The position numbers and the translations under genes were made by a program. Source: a virus (lineage: Duplodnaviria; Caudoviricetes). From it: 40,560 nt of DNA. The stretch's first letter is position 1. Each line of letters starts with the position of its first letter. Below the pieces are notes generated by a model. It had not been told where the DNA came from, made no database searches, and saw nothing but the letters and a program-made list of their open reading frames with translations. Shown here piece by piece: positions 7,072 to 16,046 of this stretch. The stretch is taken from positions 1 through 40,560 of the IMG/VR virus record IMGVR_UViG_3300029891_000082, one strand, 5' to 3'.

Positions 7072-7466
7072 TGCGGGCCTCGCGGCATGGGTGCCCATTC
7101 GGTGACCGCGTTGTCGGCGAGGGGGAGGCCTTCGACGGTTATCCAGGTGGTGCCGTCGTAGTAGCCGAGCCAGACGGGGTCGTCATGGGTCGGGGTGACG
7201 ATCATGACGGTTTCGTCGGCGTCGGGAAGGCGGTCGGCGGGCTTCAGCCAGTGGATCCGTTCGATCATGGCGAGCATGGCGATGCGTTTCTTGTGGTAGT
7301 CGCAGTAGTCGACCTTGCCGCTGTCCAGCCTTGGGTCGTCGCCGCAGTCGTTGAGGCAGTCGCAGCTTTCCGTTTTTGGCTCGTTTTTCCGGTTGACCGT
7401 GGAGTTGACCAGTTCAATGGTGGCCGGATCGATGTTGAAGGCTTTGGCTATGTTTTCTGTGGTCAT
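7068..7466 (-). CDS. Hypothetical protein with DUF551-like C-terminus
   Basis: WLKPADRLPDADETV...VTEWAPMP; ATG 7466 overlaps the upstream stop. Confidence 0.7.
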   Translation of the reverse strand: MTTENIAKAFNIDPATIELVNSTVNRKNEPKTESCDCLNDCGDDPRLDSGKVDYCDYHKKRIAMLAMIERIHWLKPADRLPDADETVMIVTPTHDDPVWLGYYDGTTWITVEGLPLADNAVTEWAPMPRGPQ

Positions 7467-7729
7467 TGCTTTCTCCCGAACTTGGTGACCATCCACGGGT
7501 GGATGACCATGGAGACGAGGATGCCGGCCGGTCCGCCGAGGCAGTAGGCGGCGACTTCCATGAGGCCGGTTGGGCCGGGCATGGTTTTTAGGACAACGAT
7601 GTTGGCGGTGCTGATTCCGAGGCTGGTGATGGCGGCGAGCAGCTTGTGACCGCCGTTGACGTTGAGGCTTTGCAGGCCGAGGAAGAGGACCAGGAAGAAG
7701 GTGGCGGCGAAGAGGGCGAGGGCGGTCAT
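7463..7729 (-). CDS. Small membrane protein (3 hydrophobic segments)
   Basis: 88 aa, hydrophobic; coupled overlaps with neighbours. Confidence 0.75.
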   Translation of the reverse strand: MTALALFAATFFLVLFLGLQSLNVNGGHKLLAAITSLGISTANIVVLKTMPGPTGLMEVAAYCLGGPAGILVSMVIHPWMVTKFGRKQ

Positions 7730-8154
7730 GCGGCTTTCCTTTCGCGGTATTCGGCGCGGGCCTTGCCGAGGGCGGCTTCGGCGTCGATGAAGAGGGCACC
7801 GGACTGGCGTTTCCAGAAGTCTTCGGAGATGTCGACGAGGGCTTGCAGGGCTTGCAGCTCGTCACCGCTGGCGCCGATGCGCTGGCGTTCGAGGTAGCGC
7901 TCCTTGATGTTCTGCAGGGCGATGAAGCCCAGTTCGCAGATGGTCATGGTTTGGCTGTCGTTTTTCTCGGCGGCGGCGAGGGCAAGCATGTCGCGGCAGT
8001 CGGCGAGAACGTCGAAGTGGGCGGTGGTGGCATAGCCGCTGCGGATGGCGACGACGGACAGGCGCTCCTGAGTGCTGACTTCCGGATTGAGCAGGTAGGC
8101 GACGAGGGTGGGCGCGACCTGGCGGCGGACGGTGCGTTTGCAGTGCTTACGCAT
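7726..8154 (-). CDS. Hypothetical phage protein
   Basis: 142 aa; overlaps neighbours in the operon. Confidence 0.75.
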   Translation of the reverse strand: MRKHCKRTVRRQVAPTLVAYLLNPEVSTQERLSVVAIRSGYATTAHFDVLADCRDMLALAAAEKNDSQTMTICELGFIALQNIKERYLERQRIGASGDELQALQALVDISEDFWKRQSGALFIDAEAALGKARAEYRERKAA

Positions 8155-8545
8155 GGCAGTCTCCGCGGAAGACGGTGGTGTCCTTGCCGGGCTTGGCCAT
8201 GTCGATGCCGATCCAGAGTGGCTGGATTTTTGGACGTTCTAGCTTTGGCTGGATGTCGAGCAGGCCAAGGCGGATGGCGTCGATCATGGTGATAGACAGG
8301 TCAATTAGCAGGAAGGTGAATTGCCCGCAGCGCCGAACGCCAGGGTTCTTGATACCCAGATCCTTGAGGCTGGCGGTAACGTCAGCGATGTCGGTCGGCG
8401 TTTCGCCGTGCAGCAGGTGTTCAATGCAGGCGGCCGCGCTGGCTACGGCGTGCCATTGCGGCATTTCGGCCAGTTCGAGTTCGTCGGCCAGGTTGGTGAG
8501 GCCGGTGATGACGAGGCTGACGTTGTGAGCGGGTAAGATCTGCAT
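8147..8545 (-). CDS. Hypothetical phage protein
   Basis: 132 aa; GGAGG RBS upstream. Confidence 0.7.
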   Translation of the reverse strand: MQILPAHNVSLVITGLTNLADELELAEMPQWHAVASAAACIEHLLHGETPTDIADVTASLKDLGIKNPGVRRCGQFTFLLIDLSITMIDAIRLGLLDIQPKLERPKIQPLWIGIDMAKPGKDTTVFRGDCHA

Positions 8546-8548
8546 GGT

Positions 8549-8722
8549 TCAGTCCTCCAGTTCGATGACGACGGCGGTGCCGTAGACCGGCGATTCGGCC
8601 GTGGCGACGCGCTCGATTGCGAATAGTTCTGGCTGTCCGGTTTCATATCGGATGGTTTCAGCGAGGACGTCGGCGTCCTCTGGCATTTCTTGTAGCAATG
8701 CGATGAGGTGACGGACTTTCAC
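8549..8722 (-). CDS. Small acidic phage protein (57 aa, MKVRHLIALLQEMPEDADV...)
   Basis: Read by hand, not in the ORF track; GTG overlaps the upstream TGA (GTGA) and fills the gap. Confidence 0.7.
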   Translation of the reverse strand: MKVRHLIALLQEMPEDADVLAETIRYETGQPELFAIERVATAESPVYGTAVVIELED

Positions 8723-9117
8723 GATTCCCTCGCTTTCTCGTTCATGCCCCAGTCGTCAGCCAGCTTTTCGAATATCCGGCCGCCGTTTTCGAAGTAGAGG
8801 TGCACTTCCTGATAGGCGTTGGCGTCCATGCGGAGGACAGCGATGACGTCTTCAAAGATGGCGTCGTCGAGGCTGCGCAGGTTGGTCAGGTTGAGCGGGA
8901 AGCGGTGGCCGTTGTAGAGTCCGAGCAGGATGCGGGCGACCCTGCCGCTTTGGTCGGTGTCACGCTGGGCGATAGGAAGCAGGCGGCGCAGGGCGGCTTC
9001 GCCGGCGGGGCGGTCGGCCTTCATCCTGGCGTTTCTTTCCACCAGATCCTTGCGCCAGTCGGAGAGCATGCGGTCAGCGGCCGTGTCGCGGCTTCCGTCG
9101 AGGTTGCTGGTGCTCAT
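8719..9117 (-). CDS. Conserved hypothetical protein of P2/phiCTX-like early regions
   Basis: ALRRLLPIAQRDTDQSGRVARILLGLYNGHRFPLNLTNLRSLD motif. Confidence 0.75.
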   Translation of the reverse strand: MSTSNLDGSRDTAADRMLSDWRKDLVERNARMKADRPAGEAALRRLLPIAQRDTDQSGRVARILLGLYNGHRFPLNLTNLRSLDDAIFEDVIAVLRMDANAYQEVHLYFENGGRIFEKLADDWGMNEKARES

Positions 9118-9575
9118 GCTGCCACCTCGCTCGCTTCGTTGCAGGCGTCTTCGACGAGTTCAATCCCGAGACTCATGAACTGGCTGTCGCGGTCGCCGTT
9201 GATGGTGAAGCAGGTGATGCATTCGATGGCGATGCGTTTTTCGTGGTCGCCGAAGTATTCGATCAGATCGCGCAGTGGCACGGCCTGTCTGCCGTACAGC
9301 GACATGACCAGAAAGCGCAGGGCCATGCCGGCCGGCGTGGCGGCCATGATTTCCCGGCGGTAGAGGAGGAACGGGCTGGCGGCCCTCTGCTCGGCGCGCA
9401 CCTTGTCAGCTGCATCGGTGAGCGCGTCGAAGGCAGTGACTGCGGCGTGGACCTGGTCTGCGTCGCCTTCGCCCCAGGCGGCGGTGAGGGTACCGTCGTG
9501 CATGAGGCTCTGGATATTGGCGGCGGCGCCGATCAGGCGCTGCAGCTTGTGGCTGGTGACGATGGTATTGCTCAT
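9114..9575 (-). CDS. Hypothetical phage protein
   Basis: AAGGAG RBS before ATG 9575; 153 aa. Confidence 0.7.
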   Translation of the reverse strand: MSNTIVTSHKLQRLIGAAANIQSLMHDGTLTAAWGEGDADQVHAAVTAFDALTDAADKVRAEQRAASPFLLYRREIMAATPAGMALRFLVMSLYGRQAVPLRDLIEYFGDHEKRIAIECITCFTINGDRDSQFMSLGIELVEDACNEASEVAA

Positions 9576-9610
9576 GGTAGATCTCCTTGGTTGTGATGCG
9601 GTGATACGGG

Positions 9611-12298
9611 TCAGTCGTCGCCGCGCTTGCGGCCCTTGTCTTCGCAGCGGAAGACCCAGCACTTCTTTGAAGTGCCGGTGATGGCCGAATTGACGGTGAC
9701 GTTGGCGGATACAAACTGGCGGTTGCGGCTCTGGCGCAGCTGTTTCTTGAGCTCGCGCATGTCGGGGATCGGCTGGCGGAAGGCGTCGGCCTTGGCGATG
9801 AACTCGTTGAGGTTGATGGCGATTTCGTGCTCGTTTCGGCTGTGGTTGAGCAGCGGCTTGTCCTGGTCGCGGTCTTCGATGTAGTCGACGACGTCCCAGA
9901 ATTCCTGGACGGCCGGCGGGTCGTCGTTGATGGTTTCCTGGCGCTCGATGGCCATGGCGACGATTTCGTTGATGACCATGGCGTAGGCGTCATCGCTGAA
10001 ATTGACGATCAGGCGCAGGGCGTCGACCAGGGCCATGAGTTGGGCGTGGTTGTGCTTGACGCGCTGCTGGCGGATCAGCGGGTTGAGGTCGAGTGCCTCG
10101 ACGTAATCCGTGTAGCGCTCGGCCACCGTCTTGAGGATCTCAGCCTCGGCCTTGCAGGCCTTGACGATGAAGCCGCTGCAGGCCTTGACCGGGAAGCCGG
10201 TGAGCGCCTTGAAGTGGGCGCGGCTGGTGGTGGTGACGGGCGTTGCCTCGAGCCAGATGTGCACGATGCGCTGCATGAAGGCGTCGGAGGCGACGACCTT
10301 GGCGTTCTGGCTGATCACCAGCGCGCCGCGGAAGGGCGGCTCGTAGGTGTCGGTACCGCTGTTCTTGACGCCCAGGCTACGCACGCTGCGGCCGTTGAAG
10401 GCGGTCTTGAACTCGTCCCAGTCGAAGCTGCGCTGTTTGAGTTTGTCCGATTCGCCCTTGTCGCGGTCGGATTCGATGAGCACGATGGGCAGGTTGGAGA
10501 CCTGCACCAGGTTGCGCGAGCGGCCGGCGGCGGAGGACTTGGCCGGGTCGAAACCTTCATAGGCGGTGCGGCCGCAGAGCTTCCAGAAGAATTCGATGAG
10601 CGTGCTCTTGCCGGCGTTCGGTTCGCCGGTGACTTCGAGGAAGGGGTAGGACTCGTGGAAGTGCGGTTCGCGGATCTGCTCGGCGAAGAAGCTGCCCAGC
10701 CAGTAGGCGAGGGCGACGATGCCTTTGGGGCCGAAGCAGTCCCAGAGGATCTTGGCCCACCTTCCGTCGTACTCGGTGAGGTCTGGATTGATGGCGAGGT
10801 TGACGGTCTTGTTGCGGGAATTGACCGAGCGCTTGCCGATGTCGAAGAAGTCTTCTTCGTTGAGCTCGATGAGCTTGCCGTCGGCGACGGCCAGCTTGTC
10901 GAAGATCCACGCCTTGTGCTCCTTGCTGTAGCCGATGAAGTCGATGGAATCGACCGTCTTGATGCCGAACATCTGCGACTTGAGCCAGAGGTCGAGGTGG
11001 CGCTGGTTGCCGGTGTAGAGGGCGCCCGGGGCGACGTGGATGAGGCGGTTGGAGAACTCGCCGGCGACGCGTAGCTGGCGGCCGTTGAAGGCGGCCTTGA
11101 GGCTGGGGCCGTCGTGCGGGAAATCGACGCGCAGGTAATACCAGGCCTCATCGGTCAGGGCGCTGGACTGGTAGTAGAGAGCGGTGGGCAGACAGTTGGC
11201 GATCTCGATCACCGAGCGGGACTGTTCCATCGCCATGTCGAGGATCTGCTGGTCGGTCTTTTGGGCGTTGTCGGCCATTTCGCGGATGGCGGTCTTGGCC
11301 TCGTTGAGCTTTTTAAAGTCGATCTCGAACCAGTACAGGCGGTTGTCGAAGCCGAAGAAAAACGAGTTCCATGTCTTGCGGGAAAACATGATGCCGGCCT
11401 TGTCGGCGGCGCTGCGGGCGGTGAGCAGGGCGCCGCGGTAGCGGGCGTCCTCGATCAGCTCGTCGGTGATGCCGCCGGCCAGGTGGTAGTCGTTCCAGTC
11501 GCGCTTGCGGCCGCTCTCGAAGCGGATGTAGGCGGCGCTGGCCTCCCAGCCTTCGGCCTGGGCCCGGGCGACGTGGCGCTTCATGTAGTCGCAGCCGGCC
11601 TTGCCGTCGTCGTAGGCGAAAACGAGCTTCGGGCGCTTCTTTTCGGCCTGCACGCAGCGCTCGGCGATGGCCTGCAGGTAGAGGTAGGGGTAGTTGTTGC
11701 AGCTCAACGGAGAGGCGGCGAAGGTGCCGCGCGCCATCATCGACAGGCTGTCGAAGATGCCCTCGACGAACCAGATTTCGTCATCCGGCTGCGGCATCGG
11801 CGGTTCCCAGGCCGTGCCCTGGTAGTTGGCGTGAAAGTTGAAGTGCGCCTTCTTTTTGCCGAAGCGCTCTGGCTGGTCGATGATCCTTTCCCAGTAGCCG
11901 CCGTTGGCGATGGGAAAACGCACCGTCGCCGAGCCGATGTTCTTGTCGCGGTCGTGGTAGTACTCCTGGGTGTAGAGGCCCTGGAGCGGCGCGATGTCGA
12001 AGCCGCGGGCGTTGCGCAGGTAGGCGTCGGCCGCCGCGTTGGGCGCCTCGGTGGTCTGGACGTAGCGCTTCGACCAGTCGTCGAAGATGTCCGGGTATTC
12101 TTCTTTGACATAGACCGTATGGCCGCACTTGTTGTAACGGCCGCACTTCAACACCCACGGATTGTCGGCTTTGGCGAAGAGTTCCTTCTTGCTGCACTTC
12201 GGGCAGGTGCCACCTTGTAGCCAGCCACCGGAGGCCTTTTTGAACTTGAAGTCGGCCTCGATGCGGCGCAGGACTTCTGGGAGGAGTTCGTCTTTCAT
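9611..12298 (-). CDS. Zn-finger/TOPRIM primase-helicase replication protein (phiCTX-type)
   Basis: 895 aa; CPKC...C..C zinc ribbon, VEGIFD and YDD TOPRIM motifs, Walker A GEPNAGKS. Confidence 0.9.
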   Translation of the reverse strand: MKDELLPEVLRRIEADFKFKKASGGWLQGGTCPKCSKKELFAKADNPWVLKCGRYNKCGHTVYVKEEYPDIFDDWSKRYVQTTEAPNAAADAYLRNARGFDIAPLQGLYTQEYYHDRDKNIGSATVRFPIANGGYWERIIDQPERFGKKKAHFNFHANYQGTAWEPPMPQPDDEIWFVEGIFDSLSMMARGTFAASPLSCNNYPYLYLQAIAERCVQAEKKRPKLVFAYDDGKAGCDYMKRHVARAQAEGWEASAAYIRFESGRKRDWNDYHLAGGITDELIEDARYRGALLTARSAADKAGIMFSRKTWNSFFFGFDNRLYWFEIDFKKLNEAKTAIREMADNAQKTDQQILDMAMEQSRSVIEIANCLPTALYYQSSALTDEAWYYLRVDFPHDGPSLKAAFNGRQLRVAGEFSNRLIHVAPGALYTGNQRHLDLWLKSQMFGIKTVDSIDFIGYSKEHKAWIFDKLAVADGKLIELNEEDFFDIGKRSVNSRNKTVNLAINPDLTEYDGRWAKILWDCFGPKGIVALAYWLGSFFAEQIREPHFHESYPFLEVTGEPNAGKSTLIEFFWKLCGRTAYEGFDPAKSSAAGRSRNLVQVSNLPIVLIESDRDKGESDKLKQRSFDWDEFKTAFNGRSVRSLGVKNSGTDTYEPPFRGALVISQNAKVVASDAFMQRIVHIWLEATPVTTTSRAHFKALTGFPVKACSGFIVKACKAEAEILKTVAERYTDYVEALDLNPLIRQQRVKHNHAQLMALVDALRLIVNFSDDAYAMVINEIVAMAIERQETINDDPPAVQEFWDVVDYIEDRDQDKPLLNHSRNEHEIAINLNEFIAKADAFRQPIPDMRELKKQLRQSRNRQFVSANVTVNSAITGTSKKCWVFRCEDKGRKRGDD

Positions 12299-12513
12299 CA
12301 GTTGGCCACGGCCTTCTTGTTCTTGTTATAGGCACAGGCTTCGACGAAGCGGCGGAAGGCGGCGACATCGGAGCGGAAGCCGAGATAGACGTTGCGCGGC
12401 GTGCTCTGGCGGTAGAGGAGGAAGCGGCCTGGTTTCTCGACGACGAACATGCCGTAGTCGCTGGCCATCTTCTTGGCTTCCTTTATTGCTCTGACCGGTG
12501 TCTGTGTTGCCAT
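12298..12513 (-). CDS. Hypothetical protein
   Basis: 71 aa; GGAG RBS; TGATG overlap with the primase. Confidence 0.7.
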   Translation of the reverse strand: MATQTPVRAIKEAKKMASDYGMFVVEKPGRFLLYRQSTPRNVYLGFRSDVAAFRRFVEACAYNKNKKAVAN

Positions 12514-12600
12514 GGTTGGCTCCGAAATTTGGGCAAAAAAATTCCCTGCGCGCTGTTTTCAGCGTGCTGGCGGGTGGATGAATTGGGGGTGGCTAGGGCG

Positions 12601-12903
12601 TCAGCCGGTGGCCAGGCGGGGCGGCGGGTGTTCCATGCCAAGCTCCATTTGAGCGCTGGCTGCCTGCTGTGCCGCGGCTTGAGAGCGCTGGGAGAGGGGG
12701 ATAAAGACGCCGGGCTTGGGGTTGATGGACGGCGCGATGGTGCGGACGGCGACGAGCTGGGCGACCCAGCTGTGCATGCATTGCGGGTTGTCGCAGGTGA
12801 CGGTGGCTTCGCGGACGGTGTCGCACATCTGCTTTGAGCTGCGGACGGTGGAGGTGTCGCCGCAATGCGGGCAGACGACGCGCCATTGATTGAATTCGCT
12901 CAT
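12601..12903 (-). CDS. ogr: Ogr/Delta-like zinc-finger late activator
   Basis: CPHC...VRSS...CDNPQCMHSW...IAPS. Confidence 0.88.
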   Translation of the reverse strand: MSEFNQWRVVCPHCGDTSTVRSSKQMCDTVREATVTCDNPQCMHSWVAQLVAVRTIAPSINPKPGVFIPLSQRSQAAAQQAASAQMELGMEHPPPRLATG

Positions 12904-13481
12904 GCCTTTCTCCCTTTGCGCAGGCGGGCCATCAGGCCGCGCGCTTTCTTGACGGTTGAGGCGATCAGGCCGAGCTTCTTCTCGGCGTGCTCGATCTCGC
13001 CGGCATGGATGCCATCGAGCAGCCGGCTGGCGGCGATGGTGGCGGCGGCGCCGTGATCGACGAAGGCCTGGAAGGTTTCGACCAGTTCGGCATGGGTAAC
13101 CTCGCTGTCGTCGTCGTGGCCGGCTTCGACATGCAGGCAGAGCGGCGCCAGCAGGTCGTTGAGCAGCAGCACGCGGCGTTCTTCCGGCAGTCCGGCGAGG
13201 ATGGACAGGATGAAATTGAAGGGTAGGAGGTTCTTGTCCTTGGTGCTGTCGTCGAGCCAGCGGAACAGCTTGTCGGCATTTACGCGCATGCGTTCGAAGG
13301 TGTCGGTGGTCGGCGGCTCGAAGCGGATTTCGGTGAAGGTCGGCCCGCCGATGCGGATATGCGACTGGACGAACTGATCAGTGACGGTCTCGCGGGACCA
13401 TCGGTTTTCCCGGCGCCAGGCTTCAATGTGCTCGCGGACGATGGCGAGGGGGCTGGGGTGCGTTGCGCGCTGCATGACCAT
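12900..13481 (-). CDS. Phage regulatory protein (CII/YmfL-like position)
   Basis: 193 aa, directly after the cro-like gene; function inferred from position only. Confidence 0.55.
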   Translation of the reverse strand: MVMQRATHPSPLAIVREHIEAWRRENRWSRETVTDQFVQSHIRIGGPTFTEIRFEPPTTDTFERMRVNADKLFRWLDDSTKDKNLLPFNFILSILAGLPEERRVLLLNDLLAPLCLHVEAGHDDDSEVTHAELVETFQAFVDHGAAATIAASRLLDGIHAGEIEHAEKKLGLIASTVKKARGLMARLRKGRKA

Positions 13482-13495
13482 TTCTTCCCGTCTCC

Positions 13496-13768
13496 CTATT
13501 CTGTCTGCGAAGAAAGGCCGGCGGGGATGGGGGGAGCATCCCCGCCGGAAAAGTCTGCCGCCAGCCGAGGGGTGGGGGAGGTGTTGCCGGCAGCAGAGGA
13601 GACAACGATAGGGAGACCGACGAGATAGGCCTGACGTGCGAGCAGCGACTTCGAGATATTGAGATCCCGGGAAATCTTATCGGCATCGGCCAATTCAGCC
13701 TGCATCAGCCGCAGGGCGATGGGCTTGTTGCTGACTAGTCCGTCGGGGTTGCGCTTGATTGGTTCCAT
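13496..13768 (-). CDS. Cro/Cox-position regulator, ribbon-helix-helix-like
   Basis: KPIALRL...ADKISRDLNISKSLLARQAY; divergent from cI. Confidence 0.6.
   Translation of the reverse strand: MEPIKRNPDGLVSNKPIALRLMQAELADADKISRDLNISKSLLARQAYLVGLPIVVSSAAGNTSPTPRLAADFSGGDAPPIPAGLSSQTE
13518..13547 (-). terminator. Perfect 12-bp hairpin followed by CCTTTCTT on the minus strand; possible early terminator or attenuator
   Basis: CCGGCGGGGATG-N6-CATCCCCGCCGG. Confidence 0.5.
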
Positions 13769-13790
13769 GGGGATGATGCGATCTCTGAGT

Positions 13791-13801
13791 AAGTGTTACA
13801 C
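13791..13801. promoter_or_regulatory. Putative operator AAGTGTTACAC (second copy at 14184-14194)
   Basis: Exact 11-bp repeat flanking cI, containing palindromic GTGT-T-ACAC. Confidence 0.5.
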
Positions 13802-13830
13802 ATCGTAGGGGTGAAAAATACCCATGTCAA
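13802..13830 (-). promoter_or_regulatory. Leftward early sigma70 promoter
   Basis: Minus strand TTGACA (13830-13825), 17 bp, TACGAT (13807-13802). Confidence 0.8.
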
Positions 13831-14180
13831 CAGGCAACAGGGAAGAAAAATCATCAATCGGCCAGCGATTGAGGGAGGAGCGCGTCCGCCTTTCCTTGTC
13901 ACAAGCCGATCTTGGCGATATTTTCGACGTCGACAGAAAAGTTGTTCGCTACTACGAAGAGAACAAAACTTCCCCTCGCGCCGATCAGTTGGAATTGTTT
14001 CGCGGCCATGGTGCCGACGTGATCTACATTCTCACCGGCGAGCGCCTGCCTCTGTCCGTTCGCCAGGATGTTGCCGCTTACTTGCCAAGGGACCGCCTGG
14101 CTCTGGAAATATCGAAAATGAACCTGAGCGAGGAGGATGCCGACATTCTCAGGTGTTTGGCTGTACGGCTGGCCAAATAG
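13824..14180 (+). CDS. CI-like XRE HTH repressor
   Basis: IGQRLREERVRLSLSQADLG...YYEEN..SP...GADVIYILTGER. Confidence 0.88.
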   Translation: MSTGNREEKSSIGQRLREERVRLSLSQADLGDIFDVDRKVVRYYEENKTSPRADQLELFRGHGADVIYILTGERLPLSVRQDVAAYLPRDRLALEISKMNLSEEDADILRCLAVRLAK

Positions 14181-14225
14181 GCCAAGTGTTACACTATGAC
14201 CCCTGTATTTTCTCGGGGGTTGGGA

Positions 14226-15137
14226 ATGAACGAAATCGGAGTTCTGGCGGTGCTGTTGTGCATCGTGCTGACGTGGATCCGAACCGCGCGCCAGTTGGCT
14301 GCAGCCGGAAAGGGGTGGCTGGCGCGGAACTTTATCGCCGGATTCGGGGCGCTGGCGGTCGGCGTGATCCTGGCGTTCATGTTGCTCGGCGATGTTAATG
14401 GGTGGACGCTGGCCGGCTGGCTGCTGGTCGCCGGGGTGATCATGGCTTTTCGGGAGCCGGTGCCGGGAGCAGCGGCCACAGATACGGTGCCGGCAATTGC
14501 TGTCGGGTTCGCGCTGTCGCCGACGGCGCAGGCGATCTACGATGCAAGCGACGAACCGCACGAAGATCTGCAGCGCTGGCATGACAAGGCAGAACGCCGA
14601 TGCCCCATCGCTGACATCGAATTCGATTACCGCAACGCACAGGGCGCCGACAGCCATCGCCGGGTCGATGTGGAGGCTGTCGACCGTGAATACTTCCAGG
14701 GGCATTGCCACAAGGCGGATGCGACACGGACTTTCGTCATTGGCCGGGTGCGCGGCAAGGTGCTTGACCGCGAAACAGGCGAGCTGCTGGCGCCGAAGGC
14801 CTGGGCGGCAGCGGCTCGACGGCATCCTCTGAATGATCCTGGAAGTATTTCCGTCGGGCGGGATGACGATGAGGATGAAGGTTTTGACGGTATCGACGCC
14901 GAAGCCGATGTGGGGATGATCGAGGTATGTTTTACCGGGTTTTCAAAGGCCGACAAGCTGCGGCTTGAGGGCATGGCGCACAGCGCAGACATGCTGGTAC
15001 GGCAGTCGGTGACAGAGGGGCTGACGCACCTGGTGGCCGGGAAAAACGCCGGGCCGAAGAAGCTTGAGCGGGCGGAGGAGGTCGGGGCCGAGGTGATCGA
15101 CGAGGCGGAGTTCTATGTTTTGTTTTCTGGAGTTTGA
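14226..15137 (+). CDS. Membrane protein with WYL-like and C-terminal BRCT domains
   Basis: 3 TM segments; IEFDYRNAQG..HRRVD..YFQGHCH...RTF (WYL-like); VCFTGF...SVTEGLTHLVAGKNAGPKKLERAEEVG (BRCT); alternative start at 14196. Confidence 0.75.
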   Translation: MNEIGVLAVLLCIVLTWIRTARQLAAAGKGWLARNFIAGFGALAVGVILAFMLLGDVNGWTLAGWLLVAGVIMAFREPVPGAAATDTVPAIAVGFALSPTAQAIYDASDEPHEDLQRWHDKAERRCPIADIEFDYRNAQGADSHRRVDVEAVDREYFQGHCHKADATRTFVIGRVRGKVLDRETGELLAPKAWAAAARRHPLNDPGSISVGRDDDEDEGFDGIDAEADVGMIEVCFTGFSKADKLRLEGMAHSADMLVRQSVTEGLTHLVAGKNAGPKKLERAEEVGAEVIDEAEFYVLFSGV

Positions 15138-15145
15138 AAAAACCG

Positions 15146-15174
15146 TTGACTCCGGTTCGAAAACGAACCATAAT
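15146..15174 (+). promoter_or_regulatory. Sigma70 promoter with an inverted-repeat operator in the spacer (Aca2-type)
   Basis: TTGACT-17-CATAAT; GGTTCG-AAAA-CGAACC at 15154-15169. Confidence 0.82.
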
Positions 15175-15226
15175 GAATTCACACGGTAGGCAATCAGGCC
15201 AGGCCGGAACTCTCAGGAGCTACACC

Positions 15227-15508
15227 ATGAAACTCGCAACCCACCTATTCAATACCATCCATGGCCAGGTCAAGGTTGATCTGGAAATCCATCCGATGGA
15301 CGCCTGCGAGGCAATTGATGTTTATGACCAGCCGGCTGACCTTTATTTCTGCGGCGGCTACCGCATCGAAGGCATGATCAACGGAACGCCGCGCGGCACG
15401 GTGTTTTCTTCCGGCAATCTCGGCTCGGTGTACAGGGGTGGCGAGACCGAACCCGCAGCCCGCCACTTTCTCGCCGGAGCCCACCAGGAAGGGTTTTTCA
15501 CAAAATGA
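15227..15508 (+). CDS. Candidate anti-CRISPR / anti-defence protein (93 aa)
   Basis: AGGAG RBS; small; first gene of the operon, ATGA-coupled to the Aca2 homologue. Confidence 0.6.
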   Translation: MKLATHLFNTIHGQVKVDLEIHPMDACEAIDVYDQPADLYFCGGYRIEGMINGTPRGTVFSSGNLGSVYRGGETEPAARHFLAGAHQEGFFTK

Positions 15509-15960
15509 TTCCTTGCCAACTGGAGGCGGCTCGCCGCCTTCTTTTCTTCTCTCAGCCCGAGGCCGCGGCAATGATCAGCGGAACCAGCGAACAGGCCTGG
15601 CGGCGCTGGGAGGCTGGCAATCGCGCCGTGCCGTCCGATGTCGAAAAAAAGATAGGTGGCCTGCTCGAATGGCGGCAGGCGGCTATCGATGCCGTCGTAA
15701 AACAGATCAGCACAGCCCATGATGGCGCCTCAATCGCGCTGATCTGGTACGAGTCGCTGGATGACTGGGCGACGCTGGACGGACGCGATCCCGCGCTGTG
15801 GCGCCCGCAGCAGTCGGTATGCGCCGCGCTCGTGGCTGAGTTCTTCGGACGACTGCGGTTGGTGCCGTTCGATGGCCCAGGCTATGCTGAGTGGCGAGGC
15901 AAGCGGAGAGATTCGGAAACCCTGCGGGGGAATTGGGCTGCTACGGTCAACCGGAAATAA
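15505..15960 (+). CDS. aca2: Aca2/YdiL (DUF1870) HTH anti-CRISPR-associated regulator
   Basis: LEAARRLLFFSQPEAA...WRRWEAGNRAVPSDVE...WYESLDDW...WRPQQSV matches the Aca2 pattern (LQAIRKLL...WQYWESGRSAVPDDVE...WRLSQSV) as recalled. Confidence 0.8.
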   Translation: MIPCQLEAARRLLFFSQPEAAAMISGTSEQAWRRWEAGNRAVPSDVEKKIGGLLEWRQAAIDAVVKQISTAHDGASIALIWYESLDDWATLDGRDPALWRPQQSVCAALVAEFFGRLRLVPFDGPGYAEWRGKRRDSETLRGNWAATVNRK

Positions 15961-15976
15961 CGCCCAAAAATGAAAC

Positions 15977-16011
15977 AGCCCGGCATCGCATTGATGGCCG
16001 GGCTTTTTTTT
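15977..16011 (+). terminator. Rho-independent terminator
   Basis: AGCCCGGC...GCCGGGCT followed by a T run. Confidence 0.85.
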
Positions 16012-16046
16012 GTCTTATCCACAGGGTTGTTCAGGTTTTCTGGGGA

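Noticed and set aside
15154-15169. GTTCG-N4-CGAAC as a LexA box
   Set aside because: The arms are in the reverse order of the Gram-positive CGAAC-N4-GTTCG box and it is not the proteobacterial CTGT-N8-ACAG; better explained as an Aca2 operator
16015-16023. Perfect DnaA box TTATCCACA
   Set aside because: Single copy with no AT-rich unwinding region or cluster; the phage encodes its own primase-helicase
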